A stretch of 64,000 bases of DNA from Planctomycetota bacterium. GTDB lineage: Bacteria; Planctomycetota; B15-G4. Location of the stretch: contig CBDFJQ010000002.1 in NCBI GenBank assembly GCA_965248575.1, forward strand, positions 2,464,001 to 2,528,000, written 5' to 3'. This document shows, one piece after another, positions 47,887-57,718 of the stretch; position 1 is the stretch's first letter; each line of letters starts with the position of its first letter. A program made the position numbers and the translations under genes. The notes beneath the pieces are model-generated. The model searched no databases, was not told where the DNA came from, and worked only from the letters and a program-made list of their open reading frames with translations.

Positions 47887-49098
47887 TCACGGTTGGGTTT
47901 GCTGTCCACGGTCTTGCCAACGGATGGACTGGTCACTGTCCACATGGATGCGGAAGTCGAGCACACCACCCACATCCAAAACGTCCAGGGCCGAGGGCAA
48001 CTGACGCCAGCGCGAAGATGCCAACACCTCTCCACCGACCACCACCCTGCGTACGCGAGGCCCATCGAACACCACCTGGAAGGGTCCTGCATCGTCGGTG
48101 GCGAAGACCGTCCGAGGCTGAACCGTCGCGAGCGCGGGCCCCGCCAAGAAGAGCAGTACGAGGCCCAGGGCCATGCCGATGCCCGAGACACCGCCTGTGC
48201 CCATCTGTCGCCAGCGCCTATGGGTAGTGGGTCTTGTCTCAAGCACCCGCTGCAGTCGTTCAAACAGCGACGAATGCGCTGAGAGCGCAGACACCATGCG
48301 GTGAGGCTGGGAACCAGCCGACACGAGCTCCGCCGTGAGCACGAGGGCTTGGGCATAGGCCGCCCGACCGGTGGCATAGGCGGCCAACAGGCGAGCATCC
48401 CGGGCGAGTTCCTCCCAACGCCTGAGCTGCGTGCTGGCCCACCACACAAGCGGATTCCACCAGAACATGACCCCCAACACAGCTTCGAAGACTCGCAGCC
48501 ATGGATCGCCACGAGCGACATGCAGCAACTCATGGCCCAGGACCATCTGGCGCTGCTCAGGCGAAAGTTCGCCAAGAAGCGCGCGTGGGAATACGAGACG
48601 TGCCCTGGCTCCGCAGCCCACCACACAGGGGGACATAGGCTCGTCGACAAGCACCAAAGCCGGCGGCTTGCCTGCGAACGGGAGTTCGAGTCGCTCCGCA
48701 ACCAGGCCAACTTCCCGCTGCAGGACGGGAGACGCTGCCCCGCCGCCGGCAAGCAGTCGACGCAGCCGCGAGACAGCGAACATCACACGCCACCCCCTGA
48801 CCAGCGCGCCCGTCAACCAGACCCCGAGCAGGAGCTGGGAGGCGCCCTGCCGCGCGGACAAGGCGCGCATCGGGTCCGCATGCAGACTGGCAGCGTGAGC
48901 AAGAAGCGTGGCGAAGAGATCCACGGCACCCGACTCGATGCGCACCAGGGGCGGAATGACCAACTTGAACAACACGAGTATCCAGGCAACGTGCATCCAG
49001 GCAGGGGTCCGACATCGCAAGCCCAGCAAGCTGACACCCACAGCCAACAAGCAGGCGCCCAGGAACTGCTCGAGACTGTGCTGCCAGAGAGGAGTCAT
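47887..49098 (-). CDS. M56 family metallopeptidase (BlaR1/MecR1-like)
   Basis: W..VL.KL..PP, SP.VVG, HELLH..RGD, FWWNPLVW, EE...D and L.ERL. Confidence 0.9.
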   Translation of the reverse strand: MTPLWQHSLEQFLGACLLAVGVSLLGLRCRTPAWMHVAWILVLFKLVIPPLVRIESGAVDLFATLLAHAASLHADPMRALSARQGASQLLLGVWLTGALVRGWRVMFAVSRLRRLLAGGGAASPVLQREVGLVAERLELPFAGKPPALVLVDEPMSPCVVGCGARARLVFPRALLGELSPEQRQMVLGHELLHVARGDPWLRVFEAVLGVMFWWNPLVWWASTQLRRWEELARDARLLAAYATGRAAYAQALVLTAELVSAGSQPHRMVSALSAHSSLFERLQRVLETRPTTHRRWRQMGTGGVSGIGMALGLVLLFLAGPALATVQPRTVFATDDAGPFQVVFDGPRVRRVVVGGEVLASSRWRQLPSALDVLDVGGVLDFRIHVDSDQSIRWQDRGQQTQP

Positions 49099-49511
49099 GT
49101 GTCCCCCTCTGCCTTTCCTCCGTCTTCCTGATGCTCACGGAGCAAGGCATGCAGCGCAGCCAGGTCCTCGTCGGAGAGTGGCTTCGTTCGCACGAGCTGA
49201 CTGATCAGCGGCATCACGGACCCACCGCAGAGCCGCTGCGAGAGTTGCCCCAGGCGAGTTCCAAGAAACTGATCTCGTCCCATGAGGGAGAAGAAAAGAT
49301 GGGCCCGAGCCGAGCGATCTCGGCGGACGAAGCTCTTGGCTTCCAGCCGGTCGAGCAGCTTCTGGACCGTGGCGTACTGAGCAGCCGAGCCCAGGGGATA
49401 CAGGGAGCCGCAGATCTCACGGATGCTGCAACCCTGCTGCTCCGAGCCGGCCCAGAGGCACTCCATGACCCGCAGCTCGGTATCACTCATGTCCTTGAAC
49501 AGGGGCGGCAT
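49095..49511 (-). CDS. BlaI/MecI/CopY family transcriptional repressor
   Basis: SDTELRVMECLW, YATVQKLLDRLEAK.FV.R and L.GGS...L. ATGA overlap with the M56 gene. Confidence 0.92.
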   Translation of the reverse strand: MPPLFKDMSDTELRVMECLWAGSEQQGCSIREICGSLYPLGSAAQYATVQKLLDRLEAKSFVRRDRSARAHLFFSLMGRDQFLGTRLGQLSQRLCGGSVMPLISQLVRTKPLSDEDLAALHALLREHQEDGGKAEGDT

Positions 49512-49547
49512 GTCAGACACTCTGACTGACATTGAATAGCACGTCAA
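49510..49547 (-). promoter_or_regulatory. Putative promoter and operator of the blaI-like operon
   Basis: On the minus strand: TTGACG-17 nt-CAGAGT-7 nt-ATG. The palindrome GTCAGA-N3-TCTGAC (49512-49526) overlaps the -10 box. Confidence 0.6.
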
Positions 49548-49586
49548 CCCAGCACATCTTGATGATCATCCCTGGCTCAAGCGTCC

Positions 49587-49621
49587 GTCACGGCACCGGT
49601 CACGGCACCGGTCACGGCACC
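49587..49621. repeat. 12-bp tandem repeat (about 3 copies) covering a stop codon
   Basis: GTCACGGCACCG x3, last copy 11/12. Confidence 0.85.
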
Positions 49622-51108
49622 AGCGAAGCCAGTCCGTTGGTGGCTGAGTAGCCAAAGGGCGCCGTCATGTCGGGCATCCAGGCCTGCCAGAAGAGCGTTG
49701 TGCCGGACGGGATGCCCGACGGCAGGGTGGTCCCCAGGCCGAGCTCGCCCTGGAAACCGAGGGGGAACAGGCGGATCACGTCCGGCGTCGGGATCATGGC
49801 CCCGCCCAGGAAGGGCATGTTCAGGAAGCCGAAGCCGCCGAAGAAGTAGGCGAAGCCCTGGGACGGACCGTTCGCGACGGTGAGCGATATGGGGTCGCCC
49901 CCCAGCAGGTAGCCGCAGCCGGTCAGCGTCGGAGGGCCATTCGTCCCGGCGATCTCGCCGCCCAGCGTCGTCCAGGCGTCCGCCAACGGGACATTGAGTG
50001 CCTCCACCAACCACGTCAACCGGCTGCACGCGACCAGCTCGGGCAGCGACGACGAAACCACCTCGTCCTCGACGCCGTTCGCGATGGAAGGGTTCACGAT
50101 CACGAGCCGCGATTGGGGCACGCTCAGTTTCCACGCGAATCCCGACCACACGCTGTGCGCGTCCTCTTCGGTGCCCGCGTCATAGGGTGGCATGACGAAG
50201 TTCGTGCCGTTGTTCTTCGCGCCGTAGTAGATGTAGAGCGGCAAGGCCTGATTCAATGCCAAGGTGCCCGGCTGCATGCCGTAATGGAGAGCGCTCGACT
50301 CGATCAACCAATCGTCATCGACTTCATCGAGCTCGTTCGCAGGCTCGTCGTAGTCACCCGGCTCGAAGATCGGGAAGTGAAACAAGTCGAAGTTGGCCAG
50401 TGGTTTGCTGACTGCAAGCGAAGGCCACCAGGTCACACCGCCGCCCAGCAGGCCCGCACTCACGCGCGTGCTCTCGAGCTCCTGCCCCTGCGGGTTGAGC
50501 CAGATATCGCTGCGGTTGGGGCCCATCACGACCCACTCCCAGACCACGGCCCCCGCGCTCGTGCCAAAGGCCGCGATGCGCGACGCGTCGATGCCGAGGC
50601 TCGCCGCGTTGAACTTCACGTGTTGCACCAACATGATGGCGTCCTTCTCGGGCATGGGCCGAGCCGGGTGCAGGTACGGGGCGATGATGCCGGTGTAGCC
50701 CGGGGGGATGCCCGCCGATGGAGGAATGAACACGCCATTGCCGGGGTAGGTCACCGGGTTGCCCGTGTTACCACCCCGCACGATGGTGCAGGTGGCGGAG
50801 ATCACTGCGATGCCAGCTTCCAAGGCGTCGTGCAAGAGCCCGTCCGTATGCTCGATGGTGTCCGGCATGTCCGAGCGAATGAAGCCCGACAAGTCCAGGT
50901 CGAGCAAGACGGGATAGCCCGCCGGAGGGCCGGGCGAGGTGGGCAGGAAGAGCCGGTACACCTGGTCGGGGTGCGGGTTGGGAATCGACGGGCCGGCGTA
51001 GGACTGGCTGCCGTTCACCGGCAGATAGACCGTCTGCGCCGACGAAGTTCCGAGAACCGCCAACAGGGCCAGGGCGCAAAGAGCCACGCGCATCGAGATG
51101 CTCGACAA
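49612..51108 (-). CDS. Secreted alpha/beta-hydrolase (esterase-like) with extra C-terminal domain
   Basis: Signal peptide, DA...VQ.VK.NA..LGID..RI..FGTSAG and a late D.HS. The C-terminal domain is shared with 24177..25745. Confidence 0.8.
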   Translation of the reverse strand: MSSISMRVALCALALLAVLGTSSAQTVYLPVNGSQSYAGPSIPNPHPDQVYRLFLPTSPGPPAGYPVLLDLDLSGFIRSDMPDTIEHTDGLLHDALEAGIAVISATCTIVRGGNTGNPVTYPGNGVFIPPSAGIPPGYTGIIAPYLHPARPMPEKDAIMLVQHVKFNAASLGIDASRIAAFGTSAGAVVWEWVVMGPNRSDIWLNPQGQELESTRVSAGLLGGGVTWWPSLAVSKPLANFDLFHFPIFEPGDYDEPANELDEVDDDWLIESSALHYGMQPGTLALNQALPLYIYYGAKNNGTNFVMPPYDAGTEEDAHSVWSGFAWKLSVPQSRLVIVNPSIANGVEDEVVSSSLPELVACSRLTWLVEALNVPLADAWTTLGGEIAGTNGPPTLTGCGYLLGGDPISLTVANGPSQGFAYFFGGFGFLNMPFLGGAMIPTPDVIRLFPLGFQGELGLGTTLPSGIPSGTTLFWQAWMPDMTAPFGYSATNGLASLVP

Positions 51109-51225
51109 GGGTGAATGGCAAGGCCCTGCGTCGAACCCGTCCCGTGCGGGGTCCGTCCGAAGCCTGTGGGAGAGCGCCTAAAGGTATCGCGGTTTCGCGA
51201 AAATGCCCAACCCTTGCTGGCTGCC

Positions 51226-52044
51226 CTAACCCCCTGAGGCGCCGAGAGCCCGGCCGCCAGCCGCCCGGACGCGTGGCTCGGGGGCCCAGCCCCTGGCACC
51301 GGCCGTCGTCTCCACCAGCCTCCAGCCCTCGCGCAGCTCTTCATCCAGCACCACCGTGCCCGGATCCAGGCGAAACAGCACGCTCCCCCCCTCATTGGGC
51401 TCCGAGCGCACCGAAGTGCCCAGGATGACCACGGCTCGGCGGGCATCCCGCCCCCGTGCAGCCTCGGTTCCGAGGGCAAGACCCACGGCCACAAGCCCGA
51501 GGCTGAGGGCGGCCCACCCCGTCCGACCCCGGGCCATGCCCACGCGGCAGCAGATCAGCAGGACGATCGCAGCGGTCAGAACGAGGCCGACCGTCGTGTC
51601 CATCTGGTGCTGGCTGATCTGCAACGGAACGCTGGCGACGCTGTTCAGGAAATCACCCGACTGCTCCCCGGCCACCCCAAGGCGCGCCCGCACCTGCTCG
51701 AGATTCCGCTGCACCCGGAGGTCGCCGGGCTTCGCACGCCAGGCGGCTTCCAGCTGCCACACGGCCTCCCCGAGCAGCTCCGCCCTGGCAGCCGCCGTGC
51801 CCGCATTGGCATGCAGGATGGACCGACGAGTGGCGTCAGCCTCCTCCTCGGCAGCGGCTGAGAAGAGTTCCAATGCTCGGGGGTAGTCTCCCTTGCCGTA
51901 GGCCTGAACCGCTGCCTCGAAGTCGGACATCGCCTCGGGAGCCACGGCGCCAAACTCGTCCGCTGCCGCTAGCGCAAGCAAGCCGCTACTCGCGAGGACG
52001 ATCACCGCAAACAGTCGCGCGAACATGGGTAGCCGCCTGTTCAT
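51226..52044 (-). CDS. BatE-like TPR + SH3 protein
   Basis: TPR segment, two TMs and a VRSEP...L.PG..V......GW..V.....RGW SH3-like end. Last gene of the bat operon. Confidence 0.8.
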   Translation of the reverse strand: MNRRLPMFARLFAVIVLASSGLLALAAADEFGAVAPEAMSDFEAAVQAYGKGDYPRALELFSAAAEEEADATRRSILHANAGTAAARAELLGEAVWQLEAAWRAKPGDLRVQRNLEQVRARLGVAGEQSGDFLNSVASVPLQISQHQMDTTVGLVLTAAIVLLICCRVGMARGRTGWAALSLGLVAVGLALGTEAARGRDARRAVVILGTSVRSEPNEGGSVLFRLDPGTVVLDEELREGWRLVETTAGARGWAPEPRVRAAGGRALGASGG

Positions 52045-53813
52045 GCGCTGACCTCCAGCGCGTCGGCCAAGGTGCGCGCTTCGGCGCGGACGGCATTCAG
52101 GTCGACGGTGGCTCCGCCGAGGTAGGCAGCCTCCCAACCTGACACCACCCGCAAGAGTTCTTGCGCCAGGGCCGCATCGGAAACACGGGTGGCGGCCTCC
52201 TCAGCCGTGAGTCCGCCCGAGGGTCCGTCCAGCCGCGCTGCCAGATAGCGGGCGAAGGAGGCGCCCACCTCCGACGGACTCGACGCCTGGCTCAGCGCCT
52301 TCTCCAAGGCAGCGCGCGCACCCTTGCGCACCACCTTCTCAGGGTTGCGGCCGCGCCAGCGGCGGATGGCCACACGCAGCTCCACGAGCCCCCAAGCGAG
52401 AAGAGCCAGCGCCGGAGTGGCCCAGGCAGGCCAGGCCGGCGACTGGGGCTGCGGAAGGTCGGTGCGAATGGACTCCAGGTCGTTGAGGATCTCCTCCGGC
52501 ACGGCCAGCTCCGTGAGCCCACCGTCACCGCCGGGGGCAACCTCCAGGGGGAACGGCCCCACCCGACGCGTCTCGTAGACGCCCGTGCTCGTGTCGAAGA
52601 AACTGAACTCGATGGCGGGTATCTCGCTCACCCGCGAGTCCTTGGGCGAAATCTCGAACTCGAGCACCCGACCCAGGGTGCCCTTGGTCTCATCCTTGCC
52701 GAAGAGGCGGAAGTCGCCCAGCAGATCCGCAAACTCTGGCCATTCCAGCAGGTCGAGATTCGTCGCGGCACCGTCCTCGGAACGCAACGTCAGGCGCAAC
52801 CTGCAGCTCTCGCCCACCGCCAGCTTTGAGGGCCCCGCGGAGCCACCGAAGACGAAGCGCCCCACCGCATTGGTGAACGAATCGGGCCGCCCTTCCAAAG
52901 GCGTCGGCTTCACGAGCACGGAGGCACCGCCCGAGACGGCATCCGTGACGATCACGCGGGTCGGCACCACGGAGCTCCGATTCAGGAGCCCCGCGAAGAA
53001 CGGGTCACGTTCGCGACGGCTCTCCACCACCAGCCGGACGCTGAAGCGCGAATCACCGAGGGAGATCAAACCCGCCTGGGTCGCCAACAAGGGCACACGC
53101 GTCCGCAGCACGAGGCGCGATTCACCGTCGACGATCTCCCGTGTCTGGCACAGGGGCACCTCGGCGGCACCACCGTTCACCGGCATGGGAAAGACTGAGC
53201 GACAACTGGGGTTCGGGATGTCCCGGGGATGCAACCCCGGAACTCCTGCCAACCAAGGCAATGCCAACTCCAGCCCACCTCTGGGGATGAGCCCTTCCGC
53301 ATCGGGATGCACCGTGGCTTCGACCTCCAGCTCGAGCACCTGCCCCACCCACAACTCCTCGATGGAGGGGCGCACGTCGAGGGTCACCAGGCGGTCCTTC
53401 AGATTGCTGTCGGCGACATCCAGCTCGCGCGCATCCGTCTCCACCGATGCCCCACGGCAACTGAATAGGAAGGGCGGCAAGAGCAAGGGCCCGGGCTGCT
53501 CTGGGATCAGCTCGAAGCGCCAGGTGGTGGTGAGCGACCCACTCGTCCGCCCGTTGATGCTCACGCTGTAGTTGCGCGTGCTCGGCCCCGACAGGAAGTT
53601 CAGCCGCGCTCCAACCACCGCAGGCACATCCAACAGGTCGCAGTCGGCCCCCTCGGCACCGGACACGCTCACGAGCACCTCGATCACGAGGCCGACCTCC
53701 GGGCGCTCGGGGGTGAGCTTGACCGAGATGTCAGGCGCTGCGCCGGCAACCGGCAGCACTGCCAGGAGCAACACCAGGAAGGGAGCGATGAAGGGCAAGG
53801 CTCTGCGCATCAC
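52041..53813 (-). CDS. batD: BatD family protein
   Basis: GPST...SINGR, P.EGRPDSF..AVG.F and IP...FSFFD...Y motifs, plus operon position. Confidence 0.85.
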   Translation of the reverse strand: MMRRALPFIAPFLVLLLAVLPVAGAAPDISVKLTPERPEVGLVIEVLVSVSGAEGADCDLLDVPAVVGARLNFLSGPSTRNYSVSINGRTSGSLTTTWRFELIPEQPGPLLLPPFLFSCRGASVETDARELDVADSNLKDRLVTLDVRPSIEELWVGQVLELEVEATVHPDAEGLIPRGGLELALPWLAGVPGLHPRDIPNPSCRSVFPMPVNGGAAEVPLCQTREIVDGESRLVLRTRVPLLATQAGLISLGDSRFSVRLVVESRRERDPFFAGLLNRSSVVPTRVIVTDAVSGGASVLVKPTPLEGRPDSFTNAVGRFVFGGSAGPSKLAVGESCRLRLTLRSEDGAATNLDLLEWPEFADLLGDFRLFGKDETKGTLGRVLEFEISPKDSRVSEIPAIEFSFFDTSTGVYETRRVGPFPLEVAPGGDGGLTELAVPEEILNDLESIRTDLPQPQSPAWPAWATPALALLAWGLVELRVAIRRWRGRNPEKVVRKGARAALEKALSQASSPSEVGASFARYLAARLDGPSGGLTAEEAATRVSDAALAQELLRVVSGWEAAYLGGATVDLNAVRAEARTLADALEVSA

Positions 53814-54790
53814 CAATCCTTCTCCAGGGCTTCACGACGTGCCGCGCGTCGGGCCCGCTGCATGGCCCGCGCCTGCTCCTCAAGCTGCTCCAGTTGTTCC
53901 AGCAGCTTGGCCATCTCTTGCGGGCTCAGCTGGGTCTGTTGCCCATCGACTGGCTGCACGTCCTGGGGCTCCGTGGGCTCCTGGGAGGCGTCCCCTTCCT
54001 CGTTGTCCGGCTGGGGCTCATTCTGCTGAGGGTCCTGCTCGCCGTCTTGCTCCTGATCCTCGCTGTCCTGGGGCTCCTCTTGCCCGTCCTCACCGGGTTC
54101 CTGCTCAGACGGGTCGCCTTCACCGTCCTCGTCCTGCTCGCCGTCCTCGGACTCCTGCTGCTCGTCACTCTCCTGGTCTTCGTTCTCCTGCTGTTCCTGC
54201 TGCCGGCGCTCCAGCTCCTCCTTCATTTCCCGCAGGTCGTCCATGCGCCGGTTCAATGCAGCGATGGACTCCCGCGCCGACGTTGCCTCGCTCGCACCCA
54301 GGTCGGAGGACTCGCGCAGCGCATCCAGGAAGCGGCCCCTGGCTCCGCCAAGCTGTTGCAGCCCGGCATCGATGGCCTCGATCAGCGGGGCGGGTTCGAC
54401 CTCGGGCGGAATGCCTGCCGGGTCGAGGGGCACACCCGACTCGGACAGCCCGCCCTCTGCCATGGCGTTCAGCGTCACACCCTGGTTGAAGAACGCCCGG
54501 AACGCCAACTCGCCGCTGGAGCCCTTGTCGTACTCGCGCAGGGCGCTGGCGTAGTCACCGCTCCGGTACTGGGCATCGGCCAGGGTGTGCGCGACGACCG
54601 GGGCTCCAGGCCACTCGACCCGCGCCCGTTGGATCAGGTCGAGCGCCAGCTCCGGGTCGCCGTCCCGCAAGGCCTGCTGGGCTCCGCGCGTGAGCTTGCG
54701 GCCCAGGGCTTCATCGGCTCGTGCCCCTGGCGTCAGCAGGAACACAGCCATCGCTGCAAGAGTTGCGCAGTACCCGACGCGGCTTCTCAT
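53810..54790 (-). CDS. BatC-like TPR protein with Q/E/D-rich linker
   Basis: TPRs, an acidic low-complexity stretch and a terminal EKDW. Confidence 0.82.
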   Translation of the reverse strand: MRSRVGYCATLAAMAVFLLTPGARADEALGRKLTRGAQQALRDGDPELALDLIQRARVEWPGAPVVAHTLADAQYRSGDYASALREYDKGSSGELAFRAFFNQGVTLNAMAEGGLSESGVPLDPAGIPPEVEPAPLIEAIDAGLQQLGGARGRFLDALRESSDLGASEATSARESIAALNRRMDDLREMKEELERRQQEQQENEDQESDEQQESEDGEQDEDGEGDPSEQEPGEDGQEEPQDSEDQEQDGEQDPQQNEPQPDNEEGDASQEPTEPQDVQPVDGQQTQLSPQEMAKLLEQLEQLEEQARAMQRARRAARREALEKDW

Positions 54791-55791
54791 GAGGGCCTCC
54801 GGTCGTGCATGACGCTGCGCACTCCCAGGCACAACAAGGCCGCCACCAGCGCCCACTGGAATCGATCGATGCCTTCTTCCCGCGTTGCGCTCCCGCGAGT
54901 CACGCCTTCCATCACGGCGATGCGCTTCGCGTACAGCTCATCCAATGGAAAGGGCGTGCGCTCGGCCGAGAGGAAGGCGCCGTCCGCGATACCGGCGATG
55001 GTCTCCAGCAGATCGAAGTCGGGGCGGCTCAAGACAGGCTCGCCTGCATTGTCCCGCAACACGTTCTGTCGCCCGCGGGAATCCATGACGGAGAGCACGC
55101 TGCCCTCCTCCGTCCCCAGGGCGACGACATGGATGGGGATGCCCCGGGCACGGGCCTCGTAGGCGATCTCCCCTGGCGGAGGGTCGCTGGCATGGTCCTC
55201 ACCATCGGTCAGCAAGACGATCACCGCTTCCGCCGGGTACTCCTCGTCGAAGGAGTCCAGAGCCAGCTCGAGCCCTTCGCCCACAGCCGTTCCGCCGAGG
55301 CCGTTGGACAAGGTGTCAACGTCGTCCAGGAAGAGACGGAAGGTGGTGGCGTCGTGGGTCAAGGGGCAGATGCGTCGCGCATCGCCTGCAAAGGTCACCA
55401 GGCCCACCCGGTCCCCCACCATGTTCTCGAGCAGCCCGCGAACCTCGCGCTTGGCCCGCTCCAGCCGCGAAGGCGCCAGGTCTTCCGCAAGCATGCTGCG
55501 ACTCGTGTCGAGCACCACCATCACATCCACGCCCCGGCGTTGAACCTCACGCAGGGACGTCCCCACCAGCGGGCCGGAAAGCGCAACCACCATCAGGGAG
55601 AGTGCCAGGGCGGCCAGCCCGTCTCGCACGACACGACGCGGTGCAGAGAAACCCGGGGCCAAGGCATCAGCCATGGAACCCAGCAGTTGCTCCCGACGCC
55701 GGCGCGCCGTCGCCAGCTGCAACAGCCCCCAACCCACGATGGGCAGGGCGGCCAGCAACCACACGAGCGACGACGGGTCCTTGAAGCTCAC
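54787..55791 (-). CDS. batB: BatB-like VWA domain protein
   Basis: LDTSRSMLAEDLAPSRLERAK, GDRVGLV.FAG, CPLT.D and LLTDGEDH. Confidence 0.9.
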   Translation of the reverse strand: MSFKDPSSLVWLLAALPIVGWGLLQLATARRRREQLLGSMADALAPGFSAPRRVVRDGLAALALSLMVVALSGPLVGTSLREVQRRGVDVMVVLDTSRSMLAEDLAPSRLERAKREVRGLLENMVGDRVGLVTFAGDARRICPLTHDATTFRLFLDDVDTLSNGLGGTAVGEGLELALDSFDEEYPAEAVIVLLTDGEDHASDPPPGEIAYEARARGIPIHVVALGTEEGSVLSVMDSRGRQNVLRDNAGEPVLSRPDFDLLETIAGIADGAFLSAERTPFPLDELYAKRIAVMEGVTRGSATREEGIDRFQWALVAALLCLGVRSVMHDRRPS

Positions 55792-56756
55792 GCCGCCAAC
55801 TCCATGTAGGGGCCGCGCCGCAGAAAAGCCTCCAACAACAACAAGCCCGCAGCGGGCAGGATCAACATGTGATAGAGATCGTCGTAGTCGGTGTATCGGA
55901 CATCTTCGCGTTCCGTGCGTTCGAGCTTGTCGATTGCCTCGTAGACCCCCTCCAAGGCGCCGGCGTCCTTGGCACGGAAGAAACGCCCGCCCGTCGTAGC
56001 CGCGATGGATTCGAGCAACTCGGTCCGCAGGGCAACGTCCATCGTGCGATTGAAGAGGTCCCGCCGCAGCCGCGTACCCGCAGCCACCGTGTAGACCTTG
56101 ATGCCGAGGTCCTTGCACAAGGCCGCCGCTTCGTTCGGATCGATGTGCGTCAGGTTCTCTTCACCATCGGTGAGCAGGATGATCACTTTGCTCTCGGCAT
56201 CGCTCCCCATGAGCTTGCGGGCTGCGTTGCCCAAGGCGCTGCCAATGGCGGTGCCGTCCTCGGGCCCATTGGACTGGACACACTTCACGTCGCGCAGGTG
56301 CTGGATGATCGCTGACTGATCCAGGGTCAACGGGCACTCCGTACGGGGCAGGGCGGCAAAACTCATCAAGCCAATGCGGTCATCCTCGCGCGTGGCGACG
56401 AACCGGATGATCACATCCTTCACGACCTCGAGGTTCGTGACGTTGTTCTGCAGGCCCGGTTCCAGCATCGATGAAGAGGTGTCGACAACGAGCAGGATGT
56501 CGATGCCCTGGGTCACCACACGGGCCTCCTCACGGCCCCGCAAGGGGCGGGCGGCCGCCACGATGAGCAGCGCCGCTGCGAGCGTCAGCGCCACCCCGGG
56601 CAACCAGGTGGTTCGCGACCTGAAGCTGCGCGGCAAGCCCCCAAGCACGAACTCACTGCCCCCGTCGACGGCGCCCCGAGCGGCCTTGCGGCGCCCCATG
56701 GCCAGCAGCGCGAGGGGCAGCAGCAGCACCAGGAACCAGGGGTCGCCGAAGGTCAT
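55788..56756 (-). CDS. batA: BatA-like VWA domain protein
   Basis: AARP, GIDI.L.VDTSSSM, DRIGL..FA, DGTAIG.AL, ILLTDGE and TGGRFFRA. Confidence 0.92.
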   Translation of the reverse strand: MTFGDPWFLVLLLPLALLAMGRRKAARGAVDGGSEFVLGGLPRSFRSRTTWLPGVALTLAAALLIVAAARPLRGREEARVVTQGIDILLVVDTSSSMLEPGLQNNVTNLEVVKDVIIRFVATREDDRIGLMSFAALPRTECPLTLDQSAIIQHLRDVKCVQSNGPEDGTAIGSALGNAARKLMGSDAESKVIILLTDGEENLTHIDPNEAAALCKDLGIKVYTVAAGTRLRRDLFNRTMDVALRTELLESIAATTGGRFFRAKDAGALEGVYEAIDKLERTEREDVRYTDYDDLYHMLILPAAGLLLLEAFLRRGPYMELAA

Positions 56757-57718
56757 GAGGGAACCCCCTCTTCTTCCGCGGCACGCGTCTGTTCGACGAA
56801 GTCCTCAACCGTTTCGAGCAGCGGTTCCGCCGTCGCCGGCGCGGGGCGATCGCCCGCATACTTCACGAGGTCACAGCGCTGGAGGAACCCCGCGAGATGC
56901 TCTCGCCGCGTGCTCAAGGCGTCGTGCCCCTGGGTGACCTGGGACAGGAACTCCTCGGTCGTCAAGGCTGGCGCATGCAGTTGGAACATGCTCTCGATAT
57001 AGACCCGCAACACATCACTGACACGGATCACGAAGGGCCGGATCTCTTCGCGGGTGCGGGGAAGGGCCGAACGCAACGCTGCCAGGGCGTCCATGGCCAC
57101 ACGATCCGCTGGCGGCACGTACACGAAAACCGGCACCTCACGACCGTCCCGGACCACGAGCCAACCCAACAGCAGCAGCCCCGCCAGGATGGGCCCCAAG
57201 AAGGGCCAGATGGGAGCAGGGGGCTTGGGAATCAACACCGCCTGAAGCAGATCGGAGACTTGCGCCCGAGACCCATCGGGCAGGTCGAGCACGACCTGCA
57301 GCCGGACCGGCTCCAAGGTCAGGGTTTCCCCGGCAGCCGTCACCACCGCCAGCTGCAAGCTGTACTCGCCCGCGCGGGCGATGCAGACAGGCCGGCGGAT
57401 CTCCACGCGACCGTCGGCCAGATCGACCCGATCCATGGGCCCGGTCAACACATCGTCAGGGTGCTGCTCCGTGTCGAGACGCAGGGTCTGGACATCCGGC
57501 CCGCGCACCACGAGATCAAACCAGCTGCCGAGCCACTGCGGCCCCTGCGGGTACTCGACGGTGACCTGGTCGGCGGACGCACTTGCCGCTGCAGGCGCTG
57601 GCGCTGCAACCTCGTCCTGAGCAGGCCTCGCTGCGCGCGCCCCTGGGGTCACGACGCAGACCGCGAGCACTACCAGAGCAAGCACGACAGCAGGGATGTG
57701 CGGGGCGCGGCGAGTCAT
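56753..57718 (-). CDS. Bat-operon membrane protein
   Basis: Signal peptide, one TM, LR.YIE..F...AP..TTEEFL and DLVKYA. Confidence 0.8.
   Translation of the reverse strand: MTRRAPHIPAVVLALVVLAVCVVTPGARAARPAQDEVAAPAPAAASASADQVTVEYPQGPQWLGSWFDLVVRGPDVQTLRLDTEQHPDDVLTGPMDRVDLADGRVEIRRPVCIARAGEYSLQLAVVTAAGETLTLEPVRLQVVLDLPDGSRAQVSDLLQAVLIPKPPAPIWPFLGPILAGLLLLGWLVVRDGREVPVFVYVPPADRVAMDALAALRSALPRTREEIRPFVIRVSDVLRVYIESMFQLHAPALTTEEFLSQVTQGHDALSTRREHLAGFLQRCDLVKYAGDRPAPATAEPLLETVEDFVEQTRAAEEEGVPS

Noticed and set aside
53950..54230. Low-complexity CT-rich stretch
   Set aside because: Encodes the usual Q/E/D-rich linker of BatC-like proteins.
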